DNA of 63,739 nt, counting the filler, from Pelomyxa schiedti (Eukaryota > Protista > Evosea), in the NCBI GenBank assembly GCA_020536535.1. It is 15 parts of 15 records of this genome, joined end to end, with 100 filler letters (N's around TTAATTAATTAA, not from the genome) between each part and the next. Parts side by side here need not be neighbours in the genome. Positions count along the whole stretch, not along the records: positions 11,233 to 14,030 come from JAHLWZ010001881.1; positions 14,131 to 16,806 come from JAHLWZ010001924.1; positions 16,907 to 19,848 come from JAHLWZ010001848.1; positions 19,949 to 20,990 come from JAHLWZ010002945.1; positions 21,091 to 23,506 come from JAHLWZ010001999.1; positions 23,607 to 25,715 come from JAHLWZ010002131.1; 9 more parts are not named here. One strand, written 5' to 3'. Of the stretch, positions 12,550-24,156 are shown one piece after another. Under the pieces are notes generated by a model, which ran no database searches, was not told the origin of the DNA, and saw only the letters and a list, made by a program, of their open reading frames with translations. Numbering within the stretch: the first letter of the stretch is position 1; the number at the start of each line of letters is the position of its first letter. The translations under genes were made by a program, and so were the position numbers.

Positions 12550-13603
12550 ATCGCTACCCATCACGATTCTTGGTGAGAAAGAATCGCACAACCGTATTCT
12601 CCTCTCGTCATCGTTACGAATCCCCGTCCCCACAACCAGCCATCGTCTTGCTCTCCATCTCCCGTACGCTCTCCCGGCGGTTCTTTCCCGGCAGATAGTA
12701 CCGTACCACCACCAACTGAAAGGCTGCAGCTTCTCGCAGAACAACGAACTGCCCTGCTGCTAAAACCTTTTCACTTCTGTGCCCGCAATCCGAACAGTTT
12801 TTAGCGGAATTCACGGACGTCCGCTGCCAAAAAAAGAGTGAGTACAACACCACCACCACTGCGAGAAGAAAGCACTAATCCAATTCCCCAGAGAAAGATA
12901 CCTCCGGCGGAACCCGACTTACTCCAATTGCAAACGGCGGCTCTCTCTGCGTTGGCGATGTCACCGGATGGCGTTGCGTTGTGTAAACTACTGCTTCTTC
13001 AAGCTCAGAAGCAACAGCAGCAGCAACCACGCGCAAATCACACAGAACCAGGAACAACAGCACTCAGCAGCACCACAGGGCAACCAACTCCACATCTCGG
13101 CGTGAGGTCACACTCCAACTCCCACTCTCCATCACCCACTCGGCACAACCATCATCATCATCTTCCCAAATACAACCCGTCCAGGAAATACCCTCGTCAT
13201 CGAGCTCGCCATCAACACATCGAACGACTGGAGCAACCACTGCAACAATAGCTTCGTCACAGCAACCAGTTCAAATTCCACCACAGACTGTCTTCTCGTT
13301 CTAATATAGGTGGTTGATTGATCTGGATAAAAATCCAGACGGAAACGGAGTACTTACAGCGTCAGACTGTTTGTTAAAAATAATAAAAAGGGTGGGTCTA
13401 TTTTTAGCGCGAAAGGAACGTTCATTGATTAGTTCGCGGAAGGTCTTCTGATTTGGCTGAATAAAAAAAATACCAGACCGCCGATCCTGAGCGATGATAA
13501 CGAAAAGGACAGCGTTCCGGTCCGTTGATTATTTTATTCAGCCATTTGGATCTCTGGGAAACATACTCAGAGTGTGACTCAGCCCATAACTACACCAACC
13601 ACC

Positions 13604-13829
13604 AAGAAAAAGAAAAAACCCAACCTGGGTAGAAAGAAGGCAAAGACCCATGCAAGTTCTTGTACCAGACAACGAAGCTGAATCCCACAATTAGTGCACC
13701 GTGAGCAGCACATGAACACGTGTGCTGCTCATGGTGCGGTAATTGTGGGATTCAGCTTCGTTGTCTGGTACAAGAACCTGCATGGGTCTTTGCCTTCTTT
13801 CTACCCAGGTTGGGTTTTTTCTTTTTCTT
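13604..13829. repeat. Long inverted repeat (111-bp stem, 4-nt loop)
   Basis: 13604-13714 pairs with 13719-13829; on the + strand there are 3 G.T pairs and 2 mismatches; loop AACA. Confidence 0.95.
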
Positions 13830-14130
13830 TTTTTGTTTCCCCCTCGATGCAATCGCCACCGATCTCACCACCATTTCTTTCCCATTCTCAGGTGTTTTGC
13901 ATTACAGCATATCGCACGCGCAGTTCCAGTTTCTCTGAGGATGGCTTGCAGTGACTTCTCCTTCAGTGTCAACAACAACGTCTGGGTCCGGCGATACACT
14001 GGTGTGTGTTTGCTCGTGGAATGAACCAGANNNNNNNNNNNNNNNNNNNNNNNNNNNNNNNNNNNNNNNNNNNNTTAATTAATTAANNNNNNNNNNNNNN
14101 NNNNNNNNNNNNNNNNNNNNNNNNNNNNNN

Positions 14131-15080
14131 AGCAAGGGTTTCTCTATCTCAGTCTGATCTTATTCATTCCTTGCAACACTCTCTCCGTTGGTGCAATACT
14201 GAAGTTGCTGATTGGCTAGAGGAAACATTCCATTTGATGGCTGTTATCAACTCTGATCCAGACCTTGCTGGCTCCACTTTGGTGGGAATATGCTGGAAGT
14301 ACAAGTCAATCAAGTTGGGCAACCACTTAACAGGCTTGAGGTGGTATGTACAACACCTCTCAAGACCTTTCAAAATTCCAGATCGCTTCATTCACGTTGC
14401 AATTACTACTGCAGTGCAGACTCATAGAGCAGCAGTGCTATTCCTTGTAGAGGTTTTTACCGAATTCACTAGAGATCCGTCACCAATATCCCCGTGGCTT
14501 TTGGAAAATATCTTCGTTGCTGCCACGAAAACCAACATGACTACTCTCCAACGCCTAACTTCTACGTTTGGTGACTCTTTCACCACAGAATTGGCAGCGA
14601 AGTGCTTGACTTCTTCCAGGTTTGTAGCACATTCAAGCAAGATTGTCAAGTGGGTAATCTCCCACTTCCACCTCACCTCCGATCATGTCAAAATGAATGC
14701 AAACATGCTCCTATGCAAGCTTCTTTCCAACAGGAAGAACCGGTGCGCCGAATGGCTCATCAACACATTCGGCTTTACCCTGGATGATGCATGTACCCTC
14801 CAAATCTCTTCGCTTAGCTTACCCGCAGTCACAGATCATACAGATGTCTGGCTTGCACGCCGCCGACTTCCACCTTGACTTCTGGTCCTGGAAGATGATA
14901 CTCAACAAGTACCCGCAGATAAGCCAGGACACAGTGCAGTGCCACCTGGTGGAACTGGCAACCGCGTCGCCCCATAATGTCCAGCTGGCCACGGACAAGT
15001 TCGGGCTCACTCTTGACCAAAACTCGTCACCCAACCGCGCAGTTACCCAATGGTGGCGTGGAATAGACCCTGACTCCTGA
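14131..15080 (+). CDS. Helical/ankyrin-like repeat protein, 5'-truncated; frame change near 14800-14870
   Basis: Recurring motifs VADWLEETFHL, IVKWVISHFHLT, CAEWLINTFGFT, LATDKFGLT. Confidence 0.45.
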
Positions 15081-15184
15081 TTCTTTTGCATTTCGTTTGT
15101 TTTCGTATTACGGGTATTGATTAGGAGCATGATCGACAGGAAAATCAGGAAAAGAAGAAAAAAAGAAACACTAACACAATTGAG

Positions 15185-15659
15185 ATGGCGGGTGTGCCAA
15201 GAGAGAATGAGAGTGGGTGGCAGCAGTTTATTGATAGAAACCTTATGCCAAGTGGAGCACTCATTTCAGCTGCAATTCTGAGTGCGCACTCTGGGGCAAC
15301 GTGGGCAAAGTCACAGGGATTTCCGGTTCTTTCGACGGAGGTCGCCACTGTGTTGACAAAGGACAATTTCATGGTGTGCTTGTTTTTGTTTTTTTTGATT
15401 CAAAGTGATGTTCATTGACTTTTGGTCAAAGAGTCCAAGTGTGCCTCACAATAACCACATCAGAGTTGGGGATCAGAAGTTCATGTGCACACACGCTGAT
15501 GCATACTGCGTGTGTGGAAACGGTGCAAATGGTGGTGGTGTTATTCTTGTCAAGACCAAGCAATGTGTGATTGTTGGTATTTATGGAAAAACATTACCAC
15601 GAATGGCTGTGAAAGTGGTTGAAGATTTGGGTGCCTACCTCATGACTTCTGGATACTAG
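15185..15659 (+). CDS. Profilin (one intron)
   Basis: SGWQQFIDRNL..AAILS..G.TWAKSQGF; GDQKFM; GGVILVKTKQCVIVGIY; VEDLGAYLMTSGY*. Confidence 0.92.
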
Positions 15660-15702
15660 AAGGTCACGTGAGGCCTTTTAGACAACCAAAATTGTCAGAT
15701 AA

Positions 15703-16806
15703 TCAATACAAAAATTTTAAATCAGTGGTGATTGTGAGAAAGAAAAGAGGTTTTCCAGTGATGGAATCGTGCAGGGCCACTGTTCTGCTCGGTTCCATTT
15801 CCACAGCATAGATTCCTTCATCAGTGGAATGAGTCTGAAAGGATGAATTCTGGCGTTCGTATTGGTGTGATGGATGGCTCAGATCCCTCACACTGTATAC
15901 CACTCTCACAGTGGTTTTCCTTTCGTTTGTTGTTCCCGTGGATCCAAGTGAGAATGCGATGTGCTCTGGGGGAATGGCTTTCATGCAGCCATACTGTGAA
16001 ACAGGGAACACCTTCGACTCACCAGTCTTGGTGTTGTAAACGATGCTCTCAGTGTCACTGTGCATTGTGAGGATCGTGTCTGGTTCTGCCCAGAGAAAGT
16101 CAACCAGGTGTATCAGTGGCAGTGGGTATTCCTTTGTCACCACTGTCACACCAGATGCAATGCTCTTATCAATGTCCACGAAAGAAAGCCTTTCCCTCCT
16201 CCCACTGAGAGAGGCGGTGGTGTTCTCGTAACTTCCAATCACCAGCTCATCACCACAAGGACTGAATGGCGAGAACCTGGCACACTTCCAAGAAATGTCC
16301 TCGGTGCATTCCACACCAACGCCAGGTCCCACTGGCGCTGCCCCGCTCATCCTCCACACGATGAGCTTCTTCGGCTCGCTATCAAAGTCGACCCTGACCA
16401 GCCACTTCGCGTTTCTGGCCCAGAAGCTCATCCTCGGCGCGGGAACACCCCTCCTGGTCTCGAGCCGGGCCACGGCCCCCCCGCCGCTGTCGATCACCCA
16501 CGCGTCCCTCGAGTCGTCGGTGGCCACGAACCTGTCATCCCCAACAGCCCCCTCCACAGTCCAGTGAAGCCACCGCCACTCCGACTCCTCCCCGCTGCTG
16601 CTGCTGGTTCTTGGCCAGGACCTGCTCCACACGGCCCCCATAGTGGCGCCCAGGCCGGCGAAGACGTGGGCCTTTGTGTGGCCCCAGTAGGTGGACGGGA
16701 GGGAGAGCGTGGCGCCGACTTGCCTCGCGGCGGAGGCGACCCACCGGCGGCCGAATCCGGCCAGAAGAGCGGGGCTGCCGGTCGCGAAGGAGCGGGCGGG
16801 GCTGAG
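15703..16806 (-). CDS. Lineage-specific family member A (N-terminal SP..LL..FGRRWV motif + beta-rich body), 5'-truncated
   Basis: Open 312+ aa frame; upstream ARSFATGSPALLAGFGRRWV shares the motif with members at 24157, 59870 and 61449. Confidence 0.55.
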   Translation of the reverse strand, partial: LSPARSFATGSPALLAGFGRRWVASAARQVGATLSLPSTYWGHTKAHVFAGLGATMGAVWSRSWPRTSSSSGEESEWRWLHWTVEGAVGDDRFVATDDSRDAWVIDSGGGAVARLETRRGVPAPRMSFWARNAKWLVRVDFDSEPKKLIVWRMSGAAPVGPGVGVECTEDISWKCARFSPFSPCGDELVIGSYENTTASLSGRRERLSFVDIDKSIASGVTVVTKEYPLPLIHLVDFLWAEPDTILTMHSDTESIVYNTKTGESKVFPVSQYGCMKAIPPEHIAFSLGSTGTTNERKTTVRVVYSVRDLSHPSHQYERQNSSFQTHSTDEGIYAVEMEPSRTVALHDSITGKPLFFLTITTDLKFLY

Positions 16807-17119
16807 NNNNNNNNNNNNNNNNNNNNNNNNNNNNNNNNNNNNNNNNNNNNTTAATTAATTAANNNNNNNNNNNNNNNNNNNNNNNNNNNNNNNNNNNNNN
16901 NNNNNNAACACAGGGCAACGCGTCGAGTTGTGAGGTGGTCATTTGGGTTGGAGGTGTTCCTGGACAATGGTTCTGGGTGCCCACCAGGACCAAACACCAT
17001 TCATGTGCTCGATGCTGTGACTGGATTTGTCGTCTTCAAAATGGAGTGGGGTGTTTCATGACGGAAAACAAATGTCATTCAAAAAACTCGAACATCGTAA
17101 TCAAACTCATTTTCGTGTA

Positions 17120-19848
17120 ATGTCAGGCGACTCAGCGATTACAGCGGCGCAGGTGGCGGACGATACATCGTCGGGCGGGGGCACATTCACGGGGAGGCTT
17201 GTCAACGGCAAGCGCGACGGCTCGGGCTCCTGCCGGTTCCCCGACGGTGGCACCTACGACGGCGAGTGGCGCGACGGCGCGAAGCACGGCCGCGGGCGCG
17301 CCACCTTCCCCACCGGCGACACCTACGACGGCGACTGGCGGCGCGACGCCGCCGACGGCTGGGGCGTGCTGCGCCGCGCCGACGGCGCGTGGTACGCCGG
17401 GCGGTGGCGCGACGGCAATTTGTGCAAGGGCGCCGAGCACAACAAGAACGGCGTCGACGTGATCGACGGCGAGTGGGTGTGGAACCCCAAGCTCGCGGCC
17501 ATTCAGATGCAGGGCTGGGGCGTTCACAGAAAAAACAAGAGGATACTGCAGCTGGGCAATGCTGATGATGTTGTTTCTGTTATCCACGCAACTGAGACGG
17601 TGTATGAGGGCCAGTGGGACGAGGGAAAGTGGCATGGGGAGGGGATGTGGAGGTCGCCGAGTTCTGGTGACATATACTATGGTCAGTTTTGCCACGGGAA
17701 GAGGAGTGGGAACGGCAGGATGCTGTTTAGTGGAGTCAGTGAAGGAGGGGGGAGCTACGTCGGGGGGTGGAAGGATGACATGTTCCATGGGAGCGGTGTC
17801 AGGCTGTGGGCGAATGGCGACTGTTATGATGGTGAGTGGGTGTGTGGAAAGGAGAACGGAACAGGCAAAAAGAAGCTGGGATGTGACGGCACATCGTTTG
17901 ATGGTGTTTGGGAGATGGGAGTACTTAGGGATGACACAAAGCAGTGTGTGCATGGTGGTGGTAAACTCACTACTGGTGGTGGGATCGGAAGAAGATCAGC
18001 CAGTATGCTAAATTTCCCAGCAAGTCCGGGAAATTTAGTTTACTTTGGAGGTGATGAGTCTGGAAATAAAGTCACTGACCTGCAAAAGCAAGTACGTCCA
18101 CTGAAAGGTAACCAAATCAACAAACTGTTGCCACATTTCAAGTCAACACTCCAAATCTCACACTATAATAATACAGCAACTGCTGATGACCATGTTCTGA
18201 AGCACATTCAACAAGGGTGTTGGGTCAAAAACCAAACCACACTTAGTGGGAACACCAAGTGTGTGATGAAGGAAGTTTCAGTAACATTGCACAATATCAC
18301 ATTTCATGAGGACTTTTGCTGCCTGTGCCCATTTGACAAGGTAAACTCAACAAACAATTTCACGTTGCTGAGAGACAGATCAACAGATTGTGAAGATGGA
18401 AATTGAAAAGAGGTTTGGAATTGATGAAAACCACCAGGTGGTGTCTGCAGTTACCAATAGTGAAGCCTCAGAAGTCCAACTCTCAGGTACATCATCAACA
18501 TTGTCTGAATTGTCATCTCTCCTGCTCCCTTCAGTCTCAGGTTTTTCTCCACTTAATAAATAAAGAATTTTTAATTATTTTTTCAGGGGAAGAACAACAA
18601 ACCCCACAACAAGTGCAAGTGAAGGTGAGAATCACTCCAATAATGGTCATCCAAGAAACGGACCTGTGGCTGTTGGGATCACTGGGGAGTGGATCCTATG
18701 GGATTGTGTTAAAAGGTGTGCACATTCCATCATCAAGGAATGTTGCAGTGAAGACACTCCATCAGGCAATCATGTCAGAATCTGAAGTTGAACATTTTAA
18801 GCTTGAAGCAGAGGTTTTTGCTGTCCAAGGAGATTTAAGAATTAACTCAAACAAAAGATTGTGAGTGGGTTGCGACACCCAAACATTGTGGAGTGCCTTG
18901 GTACATGCACAACAAGCTCTGGGAGACTGTTGATTGTGTCTGAACTCATGTGTTGCAGTCTCAGACAGCTCCTTTCTCAGGTTTGCTGCCACATTTCTCA
19001 GACAAAGACCTCCTAAAAGGAAAAACAATTCAGAGAACACTGAAGTTCCACGAAGTCACAGCAATTGCACTTGGTGTTGCCAAGGGAATGGATGCCCTTC
19101 ACCGGTATCCATTCCTCTCTAATCCTAATCTTTGCTCACGAGCATTCATCATCCAGGCAAAAATACATGCACCGGGATCTTAGCAGCAACAACGTGCTTT
19201 TGGGTCCTCATGGAACCCCAAAAATCTGTGATTTTGGTGTGTCCCGTGGAGAGATTTCACAAAGGGAGCTTCAAGCAGTTCTCTCAAATACCAGGGGACC
19301 AGGAACACCAGTTTACATGTCTCCTCAGATGTTCACCACCCATTACACATCAAAAGGTCTGATTCCATTCTCATTCCTGTTTACACCCTTACTATTCAAA
19401 GGGGATGTCTGGAGCTTTGGAGTTCTTACCACCGAGATGACTTGTGGTGGAATTGTGGACACCCCATTCCATACATTGCCTCTTGCGGAACAATCGCAGT
19501 TCCTTGCTCAACAGAAGATGTTGCTTCCACCTCTGGATGCCGAAGGTAAGACCTCTTCATTCATTTCACCCATCAACCATAATCAACAGAGGTGAACAGA
19601 CTCTGCCAAGAAGCCACAGAAACAACTGTTGCAGCTTGCCTCGGAAGGAGGAATGCCTGCCTCAATTCTGTGAGTGCGGTTGTTCACTCTTCTAACTCAC
19701 CACTGCTCTCCATGTTGGAACCTACTGGGTCAAGTGCCACGGTTGTTACAGCACTGGGCACAGCACCAGCCCTCCTGTTCCTTGTTGTTCAGTCATGCCT
19801 CTCAATTTGTGGTGTGTGTTCGCACTTCCACTCATCCATCACACCAAC
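17120..19848 (+). CDS. MORN repeats + ubiquitin-like domain + TKL-type protein kinase (3'-truncated)
   Basis: Y.G.W..G..HG.G MORN repeats; LGSGSYG, VAVK, LRHPNIV, HRDLSSNNVL, KICDFG, GTPVYMSPQ, DVWSFG. The ATG at ~17120 (MSGDSA) is inferred. Confidence 0.88.
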
Positions 19849-21090
19849 NNNNNNNNNNNNNNNNNNNNNNNNNNNNNNNNNNNNNNNNNNNNTTAATTAA
19901 TTAANNNNNNNNNNNNNNNNNNNNNNNNNNNNNNNNNNNNNNNNNNNNTTCCTCTGTAACAGTAGTCACAGTGATGTGGTTGGACCACAGCCAAGGTGAC
20001 ACCCCAGTGAAATTCAAAAATGTCTTTGTTAGTGTAGTTTGACCAAACAGGCTGTTCGTTTCTTACTTACGTTTCCTTCCAAAAACTAAGTTGGAACCAA
20101 AGAGAAAACCGAAAAGCATTGGCCCTCCAAAATAGTGACGGTGAGGAGGGAGTGGTGTCCTTCTGAGTTATATCCGCTGGAGTAACAGCCGATTTGTTTG
20201 CTGATTGCCACAGAGGGAACAAGGGCACTGCAGGTTGAGGAAGTTTAAAACACTGGGAAAACACAGCCTGCAAGGGTCAAAGGAACAATGCAGCAGATAC
20301 CACAGGTAGGACAATGAGAACAACTGGGGAGGCCCAAGTGAGTCTCACCCCCATAGTGACTCTCAGAGCTCTTTAGGGAAATGGAAGAGCAGCAACACAT
20401 GACTTGGTTCTTTTGTTTCTGTTGGGTTTATGGCAAGTTGCTGCTGGTCTAATCATTGAGGCTCTGGGAGGAAAAACCTGTTATGGGAGGGCTCAGCACG
20501 CCTTCTTGCCCGTTGATTCCTTGATGAATGTCTTCATAATAGGTACCCCACAATACTGCGAATGACTAACTGCGGACCCAATATAGAGGAACTTCACTTC
20601 GACTTCGTGGAGTGCTTTGCTGGGTGGCGCCCATGCCCCCAACCACTCTCACGAAGTGAACAGCAACAGAAGCAAGCTTGGAATTGGAAACGAGCGTTTT
20701 CATCGAATTTGATGTTTTTGTTGGGAACAGAAAACCAAATTTTTCTTTGTGGGTTTTTTTTCCTTTTATGACTAGCACAACAAAAGAGCTCTCACCACAA
20801 GGGGGCTTCCAAAATTAAAAGGGTTGGCTCTTCTGCCTCTATCCAGCTGGCAAGTTTGGTACACAGCTTTTGGGTTTTAGTTTAGTTCGATTGTTGGAGT
20901 TGTGATACCTTGGTTATGGCTTGTTTTTGTTCCAGCGGGCCGACAGTGGCATACAGCTCAAATTCACTTGTCACCCACACCACCACAGTTNNNNNNNNNN
21001 NNNNNNNNNNNNNNNNNNNNNNNNNNNNNNNNNNTTAATTAATTAANNNNNNNNNNNNNNNNNNNNNNNNNNNNNNNNNNNNNNNNNNNN

Positions 21091-22825
21091 AAGGAATATA
21101 AATTATCTCTGCTGCTTCCTCAGGAACAAATCAGCACCGACGACCCCTCAAGCTCTTTCTGTCTGCACCTTGACTTGCAAGCTGGTGGCAGTGACTCTAG
21201 TGGGAACATCTACAAGGGGTGTGTGCTGCGTCACACAGGTAGAACGTGTGTTGTTGTGGAATTTGGAGGTCTTGCATGGGTGCATGGCTCCAAGCCTCCA
21301 AACGACAGGAATGAAGTGTGCCCTTTTATTTACTCCGATGACCTTGATCCGTACCTCTCCGACAGTGTTTCCCGACTATTACGCAGTGATGAATTTTCGT
21401 TGTCCCCCCAGCAGTCGGCTAGTATTTCGCTCCTACTGCAGTGTTCTCCATCCTCGACCCTTACAATCTCTCATCTGCCACATGAAATTTTTTACATGGT
21501 ACTCCAGAACTTACCAGTTACTGAAATGTGTCGTTGTTCAAGAGTATGCCGGTACTGGCAGCGGAGTATTGACGAGGTCTTGATCTCACCATATACGTGG
21601 GACCTTTACCAGTATATTACTGCCCTGAAAAAGGAGGTGTGTCCCAGGCAACTTCTTTTGTATCTAACCGAGATACAGTTCATTTGGTACAAGTTGAGCA
21701 GTAATTATTTTATTTCTCAAACTTCTGTCAATGACGGAATGCGTGCGCTTCTTGTACGCTTCTTCTCTAGATGTTTTAATTTCTTCTAGTAACGATTTCT
21801 TAGTTGGAGTGGATGTTTGAAGTATCTGAGTGTCTACAATTTGGGGAACAATCAGCGTTTACGGCAATGTGCCTCCTTGACCGATTTCTTGCACAAACGA
21901 CAAAAAAAAAAAAAAACCAGCTGAGTTGCAGGTTATCGGTTCTGCAAGTTTACTGCTGGCGTACAAGGTCTCCACTTGTGCTCCGCAGTCTGGACTTCTC
22001 GCCACAATGGCGATCATGTCCGCTGGTGCATTTAAACGCTATGAGGTAACCAATTTTTTTGGTTTTATCCTCCATTAAGCGTTGTTAGCTATTCCAAACC
22101 GAACAAGAAATAATGCGCACGTTGAACTACAAACTGTTGGCACCTGATCTTTCCACGTTCTTTTGTATATTTTTGGAAATTCCAGAATTACAACGTGTTG
22201 TCGTGCCAACACCCGACTTCATTCTTCTTACCGAGGTAAAGACTATTGCATCAGCTCTTGCTTATCTAATCAATCTTTGTAGTTCTATTTGGAAGTCTCC
22301 ACGTTGAATTTCTCTTTACAGTTACTGAAGCCATCCATTCTTTGTGCTGCAGCAATTTTTCTCTCAGCACACACCCTGGGCAGGGCAATTTGGGTGTGAC
22401 AATTTCATCCACCCTTTTCATCTGACCCACACATACAGAGCAAACCGGACTTGCTCCTGAAGCTTTTTACAAAGAAAGAACAGACAGAAATTTTGGCTTG
22501 CATGGCAAATCTTCACCACCATATCATATCCATACAGACAGAAAACACTTTCACCCACACACTCCAGAGGTTCGGATCTGTGTCTTCGATCACACCAATC
22601 CTTCCTGCTGAAGTCTACGTATCACAGACAGTGGAGCAGCTGGGAACCGTGAAGGACGATCTCCACCTGAAGGAAAAAGCAGGCCAGCACTCTCTGGATA
22701 TGAAACCCTTTTTTGGGGTGACCAGTAGCCCATCACTCAGGCCGAGGCAATTTTCGAGAACCACAAGATACACTACCGAAGTGCCACAAAGACTCGTAGT
22801 ACGACCGTCGATGCTGCGTATGTGA
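21091..22825 (+). CDS. F-box + cyclin N/C-domain protein (cyclin F-like architecture), 5'-truncated
   Basis: F-box ISHLPHEIFYMVLQNLPVTEMCRCSRVCRYW; cyclin box MRALL|LEWMFEV, LLDRFL, LQVIGSASLLLAYK, TEQEIMRTLNYKL. A 1-nt slip sits in the A15 run at ~21902-21916. Confidence 0.85.
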
Positions 22826-23115
22826 TTGACCCATGGCTGTTCTAGAAATTGGATCTCTAAGAGATTCGAGCCGAGGGATCGGTGTTAGAGCTTTGTGTCA
22901 AACCGCGCGTTTTTGGTAAGAATTTCGCTGCAGTTGCAAGTTGTGATGGCGATGGTGATGATTGGAGTGGTTGTGTTGCAGTTGTGGTTGAGTGACGGAG
23001 AACGTGGGGGTTGTGGTTCATTTGTTTCAAACTGTTTGCTGAGATTGGGTACATGATTTCCCAAAATTTTTTTCCCTACTTTGTAGTACAAACAATGTTT
23101 AATAACAGGCTAACT

Positions 23116-23506
23116 TCAGTCAGTGCCAATCAGGGACTCGGTTTGGTGGACAGATATTGTAAGCAGATCGCCGAGGATCGAATTGCTGGGAATCGAAGGA
23201 AAAAAGAAAAAGGGCATTAGGTGCGCACAGGCAGGGATGAGTAAGTACCGGGTTATAACCATGCTCGTAAAGTGACGGAAAGCATGGCTCACCAAGCATC
23301 TCAACTACAATGGTCTCTATCATCTCGTCATTCCCCCCCGTAGCATCCCCGGTGTCGGTTTCGTTTTCGTCCTCTTCCTCCTCGTCGTAGTCGTAGTCAG
23401 ACTCGTCCTCTTCGAAGTTGAAACTGGGGGCGCCGACAACATTGCTTGTTGCATCAGTTGCGTGGGCGGATTCAGTTTGGTTGACTACGTCTCGCTCCGT
23501 CAACGA
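23116..23506 (-). CDS. Acidic (D/E-rich) coding fragment, unknown
   Basis: FEEDESDYDYDEEEEDENE; cut by linker. Confidence 0.3.
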
Positions 23507-23789
23507 NNNNNNNNNNNNNNNNNNNNNNNNNNNNNNNNNNNNNNNNNNNNTTAATTAATTAANNNNNNNNNNNNNNNNNNNNNNNNNNNNNNNNNNNNNN
23601 NNNNNNAGGGGAACTTCTGGCAAATATGACGCCAAGTCTGCACACAGCATAGGCGCAATGCGCGAGAATGTCACTGCACACACAGGAGGCACCTGGAAGC
23701 ATGGGACATGCGAAAACGCCAGCAAGGAAACCAAGGCAAGGAAGCCACAATTCACATATGTTCGCCGGACAAGGCAATTGCGCAGAATT

Positions 23790-23859
23790 CGACGCACGAC
23801 GCACGACGCACGACGCACGACGCACGACGCACGACGCACGACGCACGACGCACGACGCA
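23790..23859. repeat. Perfect 7-bp tandem repeat (CGACGCA)x10
   Basis: Direct reading. Confidence 0.95.
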
Positions 23860-24156
23860 CAGCGAACACCACGACTTCTTTTCGTTTTCCTTCTCACGGA
23901 AGGTTGATCAAGAACTGCGAACCGACCAGTTCAGAAAGATGAACACAGAGAGGATTATGGGTGCTGTTCAACGACAAACCACACGTTGCAACCAATTACC
24001 CAGTCACATCAAAACTTGTTGAAAATTTTGAATTTGAAAAGGGAGACGGACTTTAATGATGACTAATGGCGCCACCTCCAGCACATCAATCTGACTTTTA
24101 ACACAAGCCAACGACCGCAACCAAGCCGACACTAATACTACAAACACACAACAAGC

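Noticed and set aside
13485-13535. CTGAGCGATGA...GAAA as a hammerhead ribozyme, SECIS or U3 box
   Set aside because: The core spacing and required helices could not be built
19949-20990. Possible coding or retroelement ORF1 fragment
   Set aside because: No sustained frame or recognisable motif
21900-21920. Programmed frameshift in the cyclin gene
   Set aside because: It falls in an A15 homopolymer; a 1-nt sequencing error is the simplest explanation
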